Assembly: GCA_031416175.1 (NCBI GenBank)
Contig: JANOTC010000277.1
Span: 1-37,962 of the forward strand
Direction of reading: 5' to 3'
Length of the DNA: 37,962 nt
Source of the DNA: Gammaproteobacteria bacterium
GTDB lineage: Bacteria; Pseudomonadota; Gammaproteobacteria; S012-40
Position numbers and translations under genes: made by a program. Below, piece after piece: positions 18,405 to 26,668 of this stretch; the first letter of the stretch is position 1; each line of letters starts with the position of its first letter. A model generated the notes under the pieces. It saw only the letters and a program-made list of their open reading frames with translations, had not been told where the DNA came from and made no database searches.

Positions 18405-19198
18405 CAGGGCCGATGAAGCGAGTTGCGCTTGGAATTGAATACGACGGCTCGGCGTTTTCGGGATGGCAATTACAGTCTTCTGCATACTCAGTGCAGGAGG
18501 AATTGGAAGGCGCCCTGAGTAAGGTCGCGGATCATCCAGTCAGGGTCACCTGCGCTGGCCGAACGGACGCGGGTGTGCATGCGACGGGTCAAGTTGTTCA
18601 TTTTGATTCGGCAGCCGTTCGTGCGCCGCGTGCCTGGGTCCATGGCGTGAACGCTAATCTCTCCAAGCACGTGGCGGTGCAATGGGCTGTCGACGTGGCC
18701 CCTGAGTTTCACGCGCGCTTTTCTGCGGTGCGTAGGCGCTATCGCTATATCATCGGCAATCGACCAATTCGCCCCACGTTCCTGGATGCGCGAATTACCT
18801 GGGAACATCGCGCGCTAGATGTCGAGCGCATGCAAGAAGCGGCTCGTTTCCTCGTTGGGATGCATGACTTTTCCTCTTTTCGCGCTGTCGCGTGCCAAGC
18901 CAAATCGCCGGTACGAGAAGTTTTTTCGCTGAATGTGACGCGATATGGCGAATACATTGTTCTTGAAGCCGAGGCGAATGCGTTTTTGCATCACATGGTG
19001 CGAAACATCGCCGGTGTGTTGATGGACATTGGCGCAGTCAAGCAGGCACCGCAGTGGGCCAATGAAGTGCTCATGGCGAAGGATCGAACGCTGGGGGGTG
19101 TTACGGCGCCGCCGCATGGGCTATACCTGATGAAAGTCTATTATCCCGCGCCTTTTGCGTTTCCCGAGCGGCCACCGGCGAACGATGTATTTCCGTGA
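18401..19198 (+). CDS. truA: tRNA pseudouridine(38-40) synthase
   Basis: RVALGIEYDGSAFSGWQ and the catalytic-Asp context CAGRTDAGVHATGQVVHFD are present. An alternative start is ATG 18413. Confidence 0.92.
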   Translation: MTGPMKRVALGIEYDGSAFSGWQLQSSAYSVQEELEGALSKVADHPVRVTCAGRTDAGVHATGQVVHFDSAAVRAPRAWVHGVNANLSKHVAVQWAVDVAPEFHARFSAVRRRYRYIIGNRPIRPTFLDARITWEHRALDVERMQEAARFLVGMHDFSSFRAVACQAKSPVREVFSLNVTRYGEYIVLEAEANAFLHHMVRNIAGVLMDIGAVKQAPQWANEVLMAKDRTLGGVTAPPHGLYLMKVYYPAPFAFPERPPANDVFP

Positions 19199-19314
19199 AC
19201 TTCACTATGTCGCCATGGGCCAAATGAAATCTCTCGCCCACTCTGGTAACCTACCGCTATGCAGCCCGTTGCGCAGGGTCTGCGCTGAGGCATAAGGTGC
19301 ACAATTAGGGTCGC

Positions 19315-19950
19315 ATGTCTTTACGAACTCGAATTAAAATTTGCGGCATAACGCGCATTGAAGACGGTATTCAAGCCGCCGCCTTGGGCGTTGATGCGAT
19401 TGGTCTGGTATTCGTCGCACGGAGTCCGCGTTTTATTGCGGTGGAACAGGCGCGCGCCGTCATTGCTCAACTGCCGCCGTTGGTGACCGCCGTTGGCTTG
19501 TTTATGGATATGCCGGTGCAGGACGTTGCACGAATTCTGGAGCGCGTGCCTTTAGGACTATTGCAATTCCATGGCGACGAATCGCCAGAGGAATGTGATG
19601 CCCATAATAAGCCTTATATAAAGGCAGTGCCAATGCAGTCGCCAGAACAGGCATTGGAGTATGCAGGGCGTTATCCGAATGCGCAAGGATATCTGTTAGA
19701 TAGCCATGGTCTGGGAAAGATCGGCGGAAGCGGCGAGTGTTTTGATTGGAGCGCGATTCCACTGGGTTTTTCAAAACCGCTCATTTTGGCGGGTGGGTTG
19801 ACGACAGGAAACGTGTGTGATGCGGTGCGTCGTGTTAGGCCCTATGCGGTAGACGTCAGCAGTGGTGTGGAAGAATCTAAAGGTATAAAAGACGCGAGTC
19901 TCATGGCTGCGTTCGTGAAAGGTGTGCGAGAAGGTGACAGTGAACGCTAA
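19315..19950 (+). CDS. trpF: Phosphoribosylanthranilate isomerase
   Basis: [28 protein letters not shown] is a TrpF N-terminus. The protein is 211 aa. Confidence 0.9.
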   Translation: MSLRTRIKICGITRIEDGIQAAALGVDAIGLVFVARSPRFIAVEQARAVIAQLPPLVTAVGLFMDMPVQDVARILERVPLGLLQFHGDESPEECDAHNKPYIKAVPMQSPEQALEYAGRYPNAQGYLLDSHGLGKIGGSGECFDWSAIPLGFSKPLILAGGLTTGNVCDAVRRVRPYAVDVSSGVEESKGIKDASLMAAFVKGVREGDSER

Positions 19951-21148
19951 TATTTGGCAAGAAATGCCTGATGCGACCGGACATTTTGGTGTTTACGGTG
20001 GTCGCTTTGTGGCTGAAACGTTGATGGGGCCGTTGGAAGAATTGCGTTTGGCCTATGAACAATATCGATACGATCCTGAATTTATTCGCGAGTTAGATTA
20101 CGACCTGGCGCATTTTGTCGGTCGCCCGTCGCCCGTGTATTTTGCGCCGGGACTCACCGCCAAAGTCGGCGGGGCGAATATATTCCTAAAGCGCGAAGAC
20201 TTGAATCACACCGGTGCGCATAAAGTTAACAATACGGTGGGTCAAGCTTTATTGGCCAAACGTATGGGTAAAACGCGCATCATCGCGGAAACGGGCGCGG
20301 GCCAGCATGGTGTTGCGTCTGCAACGGTCGCTGCACGCCTGGGCATGGAATGCGTGGTTTACATGGGCTCGGAAGACATCAAGCGCCAAGCGCTCAATGT
20401 ATACCGAATGCGCTTACTCGGTGCGACGGTTGTGCCGGTAACGTCAGGTTCCAAAACGCTCAAGGACGCGCTCAATGAAGCGATGCGCGATTGGGTCACT
20501 AACGTTGATAATACCTTCTACATTATCGGCACGGTGGCCGGTCCGCATCCGTATCCAGCGATGGTTCGTGATTTCCAGGCTGTAATCGGGCGTGAGGCGC
20601 GGCAACAAATGGCGGACATGACAGGGCGCTTGCCTGACGCGTTAGTGGCCTGCGTGGGGGGTGGCTCGAACGCAATTGGTTTGTTCTATCCATTCTTGGC
20701 CGATGAAAGTGTTGCTATGGTTGGCGTGGAAGCCGGTGGTGATGGTCTGGATTCAGGCCGTCATGCGGCGCCGTTATCAGCCGGACGCCCAGGTGTATTG
20801 CACGGCAATCGCACCTATTTGATGGAAGACGCCAACGGCCAAATTATTGAAACCCATTCGGTATCGGCCGGCCTGGATTATCCGGGTGTCGGTCCTGAGC
20901 ACGCGTGGCTTAAAGACGTCGGGCGGGTTAACTACGTGGCGATTAACGATGACGAAGCCTTGGCGGCTTTTCATTCGCTAACGCGTATTGAAGGCATTAT
21001 CCCCGCCTTGGAATCGAGTCATGCCGTGGCTTACGCGGAGAAACTGGCGCGTGAACTGGGCAAGGGCAAGAATATTTTGGTCAATCTATCGGGGCGAGGC
21101 GACAAGGATATTCACACTGTCGCGGAGCGTGAGGGCATCAAGTTATGA
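19922..21148 (+). CDS. trpB: Tryptophan synthase beta chain
   Basis: [16 protein letters not shown] and the PLP-lysine context HTGAHKVNN are present. The start is ambiguous (GTG 19922/19934/19940 or ATG 19964), and the CDS overlaps the end of trpF. Confidence 0.93.
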   Translation: MCEKVTVNANIWQEMPDATGHFGVYGGRFVAETLMGPLEELRLAYEQYRYDPEFIRELDYDLAHFVGRPSPVYFAPGLTAKVGGANIFLKREDLNHTGAHKVNNTVGQALLAKRMGKTRIIAETGAGQHGVASATVAARLGMECVVYMGSEDIKRQALNVYRMRLLGATVVPVTSGSKTLKDALNEAMRDWVTNVDNTFYIIGTVAGPHPYPAMVRDFQAVIGREARQQMADMTGRLPDALVACVGGGSNAIGLFYPFLADESVAMVGVEAGGDGLDSGRHAAPLSAGRPGVLHGNRTYLMEDANGQIIETHSVSAGLDYPGVGPEHAWLKDVGRVNYVAINDDEALAAFHSLTRIEGIIPALESSHAVAYAEKLARELGKGKNILVNLSGRGDKDIHTVAEREGIKL

Positions 21149-21951
21149 GTCGAATTCAGACTCGATTTGCACAGTTAAAGCAATCTGGCCGTAAAGCGCT
21201 CATTCCGTTTGTGACGGCGGGCGACCCTGTTCCGTCGGTGACAGTGCCTTTGTTACATGCGATGGTGAAAGCGGGTGCCGATATTCTCGAAATTGGTGTT
21301 CCGTTTTCTGACCCAATGGCGGAAGGCCCAGTCATTCAACGCGCATGCGAACGTGCACTGCTCCACAATGTCTCATTGACTAGCATTTTTTCGATGGTGG
21401 CGGAATTCCGCGAAAGTGATCAATCCACACCCATCGTGCTCATGGGATATCTAAACCCTATCGAAGTGATGGGCTATTCGGTATTCGCCGAAAAGGCAAA
21501 AGCTGCGGGCGTTGATGGTCTGTTGACGGTAGATCTACCGCCCGAGGAAGCCGGTGAACTCACACAGTTGTTGGCGGACGCTGGCATTGATCCTATTTAT
21601 TTATTGGCGCCAACCAGCTCCGAGCAGCGCATCGCGCTCATTGCCAAGGCCAGCAGAGGCTTTGTCTACTACGTGTCACTCAAGGGTGTTACGGGTGTTG
21701 CAGCCATTGATGTGGACGCCGTTTCGACTAAGCTGGCACAGGTTCGGCGTTTGACAGATTTACCGGTCGGAGTGGGCTTTGGCATCCGAGATGGCGCGTC
21801 CGCCGCCGCGGTGGCAAAAATTGCTGATGCGGTGGTGGTGGGTAGCGCGATCGTGCGTTTGGTCGAGGACTCTCAGGAATCGCCCGCGAAAGTCATCGAA
21901 AACGTATCCGCATTTGTTGCGGAATTACGAAAAGCCATTGACCAGGCCTAA
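21145..21951 (+). CDS. trpA: Tryptophan synthase alpha chain
   Basis: [11 protein letters not shown] and [15 protein letters not shown] are present. There is an ATGA overlap with the trpB stop. Confidence 0.93.
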   Translation: MSRIQTRFAQLKQSGRKALIPFVTAGDPVPSVTVPLLHAMVKAGADILEIGVPFSDPMAEGPVIQRACERALLHNVSLTSIFSMVAEFRESDQSTPIVLMGYLNPIEVMGYSVFAEKAKAAGVDGLLTVDLPPEEAGELTQLLADAGIDPIYLLAPTSSEQRIALIAKASRGFVYYVSLKGVTGVAAIDVDAVSTKLAQVRRLTDLPVGVGFGIRDGASAAAVAKIADAVVVGSAIVRLVEDSQESPAKVIENVSAFVAELRKAIDQA

Positions 21952-21980
21952 CATCGGCCAAAATCATACGGACACATATT

Positions 21981-22841
21981 ATGAGTTGGTTTCAAAAATT
22001 AGTACCTAAACGCATTCGAACTGACAGCGCCAGCAAACGCACCGTTCCCGAAGGATTGTGGACCAAGTGCGACGGTTGTAGCGCGGTGTTGTTTCGCGCT
22101 GAGCTGGAGCGCAATCAATTAGTCTGTCCAAAATGTTCTCACCATATGCGTATCGGTGGACGCGAACGGCTAGGCCACTTTTTAGATGAAGAAGGTCGCG
22201 AAGAAATCGGCGCGAAATTATCGCCGGTCGACGTGCTCAAGTTTAAGGACAGCAAAAAATACCAGGATCGCTTAGTGCTGGCGCAAAAAAGCACTGGTGA
22301 GAAAGATGCGTTGATCGCTTTCAAAGGCACCGTTCGCGCTGTGCCGGTAGTGGCTGCTGCGTTTGAGTTCGAATTCATGGGTGGCTCGATGGGCTCTGTG
22401 GTCGGCGAGCGTTTCGTCCGGTGCGTGGACGCGGCCATTGCCGAGCGTCGTCCGTTTGTGTGTTTTTCCGCCAGCGGTGGCGCACGTATGCAAGAGGCCT
22501 TGTTTTCACTCATGCAAATGTCAAAAACCAGCGCGGCCTTAGCCAAATTGAGTCGTGAAGGTGTCCCGTACATCTCGGTGTTGACCGATCCGACGATGGG
22601 CGGCGTGTCGGCGAGTTTTGCCATGTTAGGCGATATCAATATTGGCGAACCCAAGGCGCTGATTGGTTTCGCCGGTCCGCGTGTTATTCAGCAAACGGTT
22701 CGGGAAACGCTGCCAGAAGGTTTCCAGCGAAGCGAGTTTTTACTCGATCATGGCGCAATCGACATGATTGTTGATCGGCGTGAATTGCCCGAACGCATCG
22801 CAACATTGCTGGCCATGCTAACGGATAGGCCGGCGGCATAG
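21981..22841 (+). CDS. accD: Acetyl-CoA carboxylase carboxyltransferase beta subunit
   Basis: An N-terminal Zn ribbon (CDGCSAVLF...[10 protein letters not shown]) is followed by a carboxyltransferase fold. Confidence 0.93.
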   Translation: MSWFQKLVPKRIRTDSASKRTVPEGLWTKCDGCSAVLFRAELERNQLVCPKCSHHMRIGGRERLGHFLDEEGREEIGAKLSPVDVLKFKDSKKYQDRLVLAQKSTGEKDALIAFKGTVRAVPVVAAAFEFEFMGGSMGSVVGERFVRCVDAAIAERRPFVCFSASGGARMQEALFSLMQMSKTSAALAKLSREGVPYISVLTDPTMGGVSASFAMLGDINIGEPKALIGFAGPRVIQQTVRETLPEGFQRSEFLLDHGAIDMIVDRRELPERIATLLAMLTDRPAA

Positions 22842-22845
22842 CCGC

Positions 22846-24117
22846 GTGCGTTTCGAAACACTGGCGCAATGGTTAGAATGGCAGACGACGTTTCATAGTC
22901 GCGCCATTGATCTAGGTCTTGAGCGGGTGCACCAGGTTTGGAATGCGCTGGCCGCACCACGCTTGGCGCCTATTGTGATCACCGTAGCGGGTACCAATGG
23001 TAAAGGGTCGACCGTCGCGATGCTGGAAGCGATTCTACTGGCTGCCGGTTACCGCGTAGGCGCATTCACCTCTCCGCACTTACTTCATTACAACGAACGC
23101 ATTCGAGTTCAAGGTGCGCCCGTCACCGATGCTCAGATTTGCGCGGCCTTTGAGCGTATTGATACTGCCCGTGGTGAAACATCACTCACCTATTTTGAAT
23201 TCGGAACGCTTGCCGCGTTCGAAATTTTTCAGCAATCCCCTCTCGACGTGGCCATTCTTGAGGTAGGTCTCGGCGGGCGCCTCGATGCCGTCAATATAAT
23301 TGACTCAGACGTGGCGGTGGTGACGACAATTGCGCTAGACCACACGGATTGGTTAGGCTCGACGCGCGATGCGATTGCGACTGAAAAGTTGGCTATCGGT
23401 CGCGCGGGGCGGCCCCTCGTGTTAGGTGATGCGCAGCCTCCGGCCAATGTCGACGCCGTGGCAGCGCGTCATGGCGCTCACTTGCGTCGTATTGGTCGAG
23501 ATTTCAGTTATAAACGTGATGGCGATAGTTGGGTGTGGGCAAACGAACAGTCGACTCGACATGCCTTGCCGTATCCGAGTTTGCGCGGAATTTTTCAGTT
23601 GGCCAATGCCGCGTGTGCCATCGAGGCGCTCAGCCAACTCGCCCAACAATTACCCGTGTCTCAAAACGATTTACGCCGAGGTTTACTGGACGCGAGTGTG
23701 ACAGGGCGTTTTCAAGTCATACCCGGCAAGCCTATTCGCGTGCTGGACGTGGCTCACAATCCAGAGTCAGCGCAGAGTTTGGCAGGCAATCTAGAACGCT
23801 TCGAGCCTATGATGACGAAGATTGCAGTGCTTGGAATGCTTAAGGATAAAGACATGTTAGGTGTTATAACGCCTTTGAAGGGTAGCTTTGACCGCTGGTT
23901 CGTGGGCGGGATTTCGGCAGAACGTGGGGCATCGGCGGCGACCCTGCACGCAGTATTAATCGCGGCCAATGTCAGCGCCGACCGGATTGACATGAGTGAG
24001 ACGATTGATGAGGCGTATCAAAAGGCATGTGAATTTTTGCACGAGGGTGTGATCGTTGTTTTTGGCTCGTTTTACACAGTGGCACAGGCCCTAACGCGAA
24101 TTCAAGGAGGCACGTGA
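22846..24117 (+). CDS. folC: Bifunctional folylpolyglutamate synthase / dihydrofolate synthase
   Basis: The GTG start is 4 nt after the accD stop. It has the VAGTNGKGST P-loop and the Mur-ligase layout. Confidence 0.9.
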   Translation: MRFETLAQWLEWQTTFHSRAIDLGLERVHQVWNALAAPRLAPIVITVAGTNGKGSTVAMLEAILLAAGYRVGAFTSPHLLHYNERIRVQGAPVTDAQICAAFERIDTARGETSLTYFEFGTLAAFEIFQQSPLDVAILEVGLGGRLDAVNIIDSDVAVVTTIALDHTDWLGSTRDAIATEKLAIGRAGRPLVLGDAQPPANVDAVAARHGAHLRRIGRDFSYKRDGDSWVWANEQSTRHALPYPSLRGIFQLANAACAIEALSQLAQQLPVSQNDLRRGLLDASVTGRFQVIPGKPIRVLDVAHNPESAQSLAGNLERFEPMMTKIAVLGMLKDKDMLGVITPLKGSFDRWFVGGISAERGASAATLHAVLIAANVSADRIDMSETIDEAYQKACEFLHEGVIVVFGSFYTVAQALTRIQGGT

Positions 24118-24659
24118 TGGCGATGGATCGTTCCGCCTTAATGCAAAGAGTGGTGGGCGCTGTTGTGTTAGTCTCCCTTGCGGTGATTTTTTTGCCCATG
24201 CTGCTGAGGCCAGTCGATGACAAATTGGCGTCAGCAGGCTCGTCTATTCCTCCAGTGCCGGAAAATGTGTCGACCTTAGTGTTTAAACGCGATGAGCAAG
24301 GCGTTTTTCAGTCGACTGGCCCGGCGTCGATTGCGCCATCGCAGAACGCGAATACAATGGCGACAACCACAACCACAACCACAACCACACCCGTTGGCAG
24401 CAGTGGCTCATCGCTTGGTGATGCGTGGATGGTGCAACTGGGAAGTTATTCCAATGAGGCAGCCGCGACGGCGTTACGGGAAAAATTGCGCGCGAAACAT
24501 CATCCGACCTATGTTGAACGGGTGGATGCAGGCGCAGGCCCGGAGAGCTGGCGAGTGAAAGTGGGTCCCGAATTGTCGCAGGCGACGGCGCAGGCCTTAA
24601 AGAAGCGCCTGGAAAAGGAAACGGGTTTAAAGGCAGTGTTAGTTAAACACGGCGGATAG
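24117..24659 (+). CDS. dedD: SPOR-domain cell-division protein (DedD position)
   Basis: ATG 24117 is 6 nt after AAGGAGG and overlaps the folC TGA. It has an N-terminal TM anchor, a poly-Thr linker and a C-terminal SPOR domain (AWMVQLGSYSNEAAATALREKL...). The synteny is folC-dedD. Confidence 0.75.
   Translation: MAMDRSALMQRVVGAVVLVSLAVIFLPMLLRPVDDKLASAGSSIPPVPENVSTLVFKRDEQGVFQSTGPASIAPSQNANTMATTTTTTTTTPVGSSGSSLGDAWMVQLGSYSNEAAATALREKLRAKHHPTYVERVDAGAGPESWRVKVGPELSQATAQALKKRLEKETGLKAVLVKHGG
24363..24389 (+). repeat. (ACAACC)4-ACA hexanucleotide microsatellite encoding Thr9 in the dedD linker
   Basis: The direct read is acaacc acaacc acaacc acaacc aca. It is in frame (ATTTTTTTTTP). Confidence 0.9.
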
Positions 24660-24672
24660 TATCAGTTTTCCC

Positions 24673-24784
24673 GAAAGCTCTCGCAGTTCGAGGATGACAA
24701 CTCGCTATGAATACGTCCTTGTGCGCTCGACGGCGGCCATTCCTGGCCACCGACGGTTGTCATCCTCAAACTGCGAGAACTTTT
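24673..24784. repeat. 112-nt compound inverted repeat (long stem with a nested hairpin) downstream of dedD
   Basis: Outer arms 24673-24701 (gaaagctctcgcagttcgaggatgacaac) and 24756-24784 (gttgtcatcctcaaactgcgagaactttt) match at 26/29 positions. An inner hairpin joins 24728-24739 to 24744-24755 (10/12) around a ttcc loop. Confidence 0.6.
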
Positions 24785-24859
24785 GCAACTATTAGTAACT
24801 CACCCATTCTGATTTAAACCGAGCGGAAGCAAATGCCCCCGCTCGCGTTTTAGGGCGAT

Positions 24860-25537
24860 TTAAAAGGCGAAGTTGACGCGCACGCTAGCCGGTGTGGCTA
24901 AAAATGCGTCAACGGCTTTCGTTTCTGGATCTTGCAGCAACAAAACGTCCACCGTTACGGTATCGCGCGGTGCCCAACGGCCACCAAAGGCGAATCCTAC
25001 GTTGCTGTTCTTACGATTGCCCACATACAATTCACCGCCAAGTTGGAAATGGCTCAAGCTGCCCGTGACTTCGAGGGGGATGTATACGCCCGCGCCCACG
25101 GCAAATACGGTGTCATCATTTTCCGCGCCCAGTGAGGCATTCGCGTTGATCAACAATTGGTCGGCTTTGCCGCTAAACGCGCCGCCAATGAGAAATTCGT
25201 TCTTGGCGCCGTCCTGGGTGTTGAGGCCTAACATTCCAAATGCAGCGAACATATCGTTGATGGTGCGCTTGTAGCCAAACGACGGGTTCCTGCCGGCATT
25301 CGTGCCGCCGAACAAAAAGCCCGCGCCGACACCAGTTGGGTTGACAATGACTTCGCCGGCAAACGCGCCAACGCGAATTTGGTTAATGCCATTCATCGTA
25401 TTCACGAGATCGATGCTAAAACTCTTGTCCTGCGCCGTTTTCGCGCTTTCTAACGTGAAGCCACGGGTAGGCTCAGCGAACGCTTGGCCGGTGACTAGGG
25501 CGGCGGCGACAGCGATAACGGCTGCGACTTTTTTCAT
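24860..25537 (-). CDS. Small outer-membrane beta-barrel protein, family unknown (225 aa)
   Basis: The signal peptide is MKKVAAVIAVAAALVTGQAFA|EP. The sequence is Gly-rich with an alternating strand pattern and ends in a terminal aromatic ...VRVNFAF. Confidence 0.65.
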   Translation of the reverse strand: MKKVAAVIAVAAALVTGQAFAEPTRGFTLESAKTAQDKSFSIDLVNTMNGINQIRVGAFAGEVIVNPTGVGAGFLFGGTNAGRNPSFGYKRTINDMFAAFGMLGLNTQDGAKNEFLIGGAFSGKADQLLINANASLGAENDDTVFAVGAGVYIPLEVTGSLSHFQLGGELYVGNRKNSNVGFAFGGRWAPRDTVTVDVLLLQDPETKAVDAFLATPASVRVNFAF

Positions 25538-25691
25538 CTTTGCTCTCCATCAATACGTGTGGTTTGTAAGGCGTGACTAAAGATCAAAATAATCTGTTCC
25601 CGACGAGCGGGTACGACGGAGCAGGATAATAGCCGATTTTGTGAGGATTGCGCCAATTCAGTGGGCGTTGATTTAGAAGATTGACGTTTTC

Positions 25692-26546
25692 TTACTTATT
25701 TTCGCGACGGGAGAAATACAAAAGTACCCTATCCATTACGTTGCCGCTGACAATGCGTTTTAGTGTCCACAATAGTTTAGTGGGCACCGTAACAGGATAC
25801 CGTTGTCGCGGGCGAGAACTTTCCAGCGCATGAATAAGCTTATCTAAAACAGCCTCCGGGCCGAGCGTAAAAGGTTGTGCAGGTCCTGGCTTAGTCAGCC
25901 GTCGCTCCATGCCTTCATAAATGGTGAGAAAGGCACTTTTTTCCTTGTTAATGTGCTCGCGATATTTTAGAAAAGCATTGGCGCGGAATTGACTACGAAT
26001 AGGCCCCGGTTCAATTAAGCTGACGTGGATTCCCGTCCCTTTAAGTTCCAATCTCAGCGTATCGCTGAGTCCTTCAATAGCAAACTTGGTGGCGTTGTAA
26101 GCGCCACGATAGGGCATCGCAACTAGGCCTAACACCGAACTGTTTTGAACGATGCGGCCATACCCTTGTTTACGCATGATCGGAATAATTCGACGCGTTA
26201 ATTCATGCGGTCCGAATACATTGGTTTGGAAGTTGGCCCGTAATGCCTCGGTCGGCACATCTTCCACCGCGCCCGGTTGGGCAAAAGCCCCGTTATTGAA
26301 CAGCCCGTAAAGCGTCCCACCCGTTTTGTCTAGAACATGGTCGACGGCGGCTGCGATAGATGCGGTGTCGTCGAGGTCGAGCAGAAGCGCTTCTAACCCG
26401 AGTGCGCGTAAACGTTCCACATCCGCCGCTTTACGCGCGCTCGCGAAAACACGATAGCCTCGTTGATGAAGACCTTGTGCGCAGGTGAACCCGATGCCCG
26501 ACGAGCAGCCTGTAATTAAAATGCTGCGCTGCAGCGGTGATGTCAT
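25692..26546 (-). CDS. Short-chain dehydrogenase/reductase (SDR) family oxidoreductase
   Basis: ILITGCSSGIGFTCA is the TGxxxGxG motif. An NNGA motif and the catalytic Ser...YNATK (YxxxK) are present. Confidence 0.85.
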   Translation of the reverse strand: MTSPLQRSILITGCSSGIGFTCAQGLHQRGYRVFASARKAADVERLRALGLEALLLDLDDTASIAAAVDHVLDKTGGTLYGLFNNGAFAQPGAVEDVPTEALRANFQTNVFGPHELTRRIIPIMRKQGYGRIVQNSSVLGLVAMPYRGAYNATKFAIEGLSDTLRLELKGTGIHVSLIEPGPIRSQFRANAFLKYREHINKEKSAFLTIYEGMERRLTKPGPAQPFTLGPEAVLDKLIHALESSRPRQRYPVTVPTKLLWTLKRIVSGNVMDRVLLYFSRRENK

Positions 26547-26568
26547 TTGCTATCCAATGTTAGGCTTA

Positions 26569-26609
26569 CAGCCTAGGCAATCTCCCGAGTGCGGAGATTG
26601 CCTAGGCTG
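26569..26609 (-). terminator. Perfect 17-bp stem / 7-nt loop hairpin downstream of the cytochrome gene (terminator or REP-like; no U-tract)
   Basis: cagcctaggcaatctcc (26569-26585), cgagtgc, ggagattgcctaggctg (26593-26609). It lies between the cytochrome stop (26669) and the SDR start (26546). No T-run follows on either strand. Confidence 0.45.
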
Positions 26610-26668
26610 AATTCAATTCGGCGTTAAGGCCGACAGGATAGCAGATCAACGTACGTTGTGGGCGACTC

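Noticed and set aside
25582-25600. Fur-box-like sequence gatcaaaataatctgttcc upstream of the small OMP gene
   Set aside because: Only ~12/19 positions match the GATAATGATAATCATTATC consensus, which is within chance for AT-rich promoter DNA. A similar look upstream of the cytochrome gene (29775-29795) gave ~10/18.
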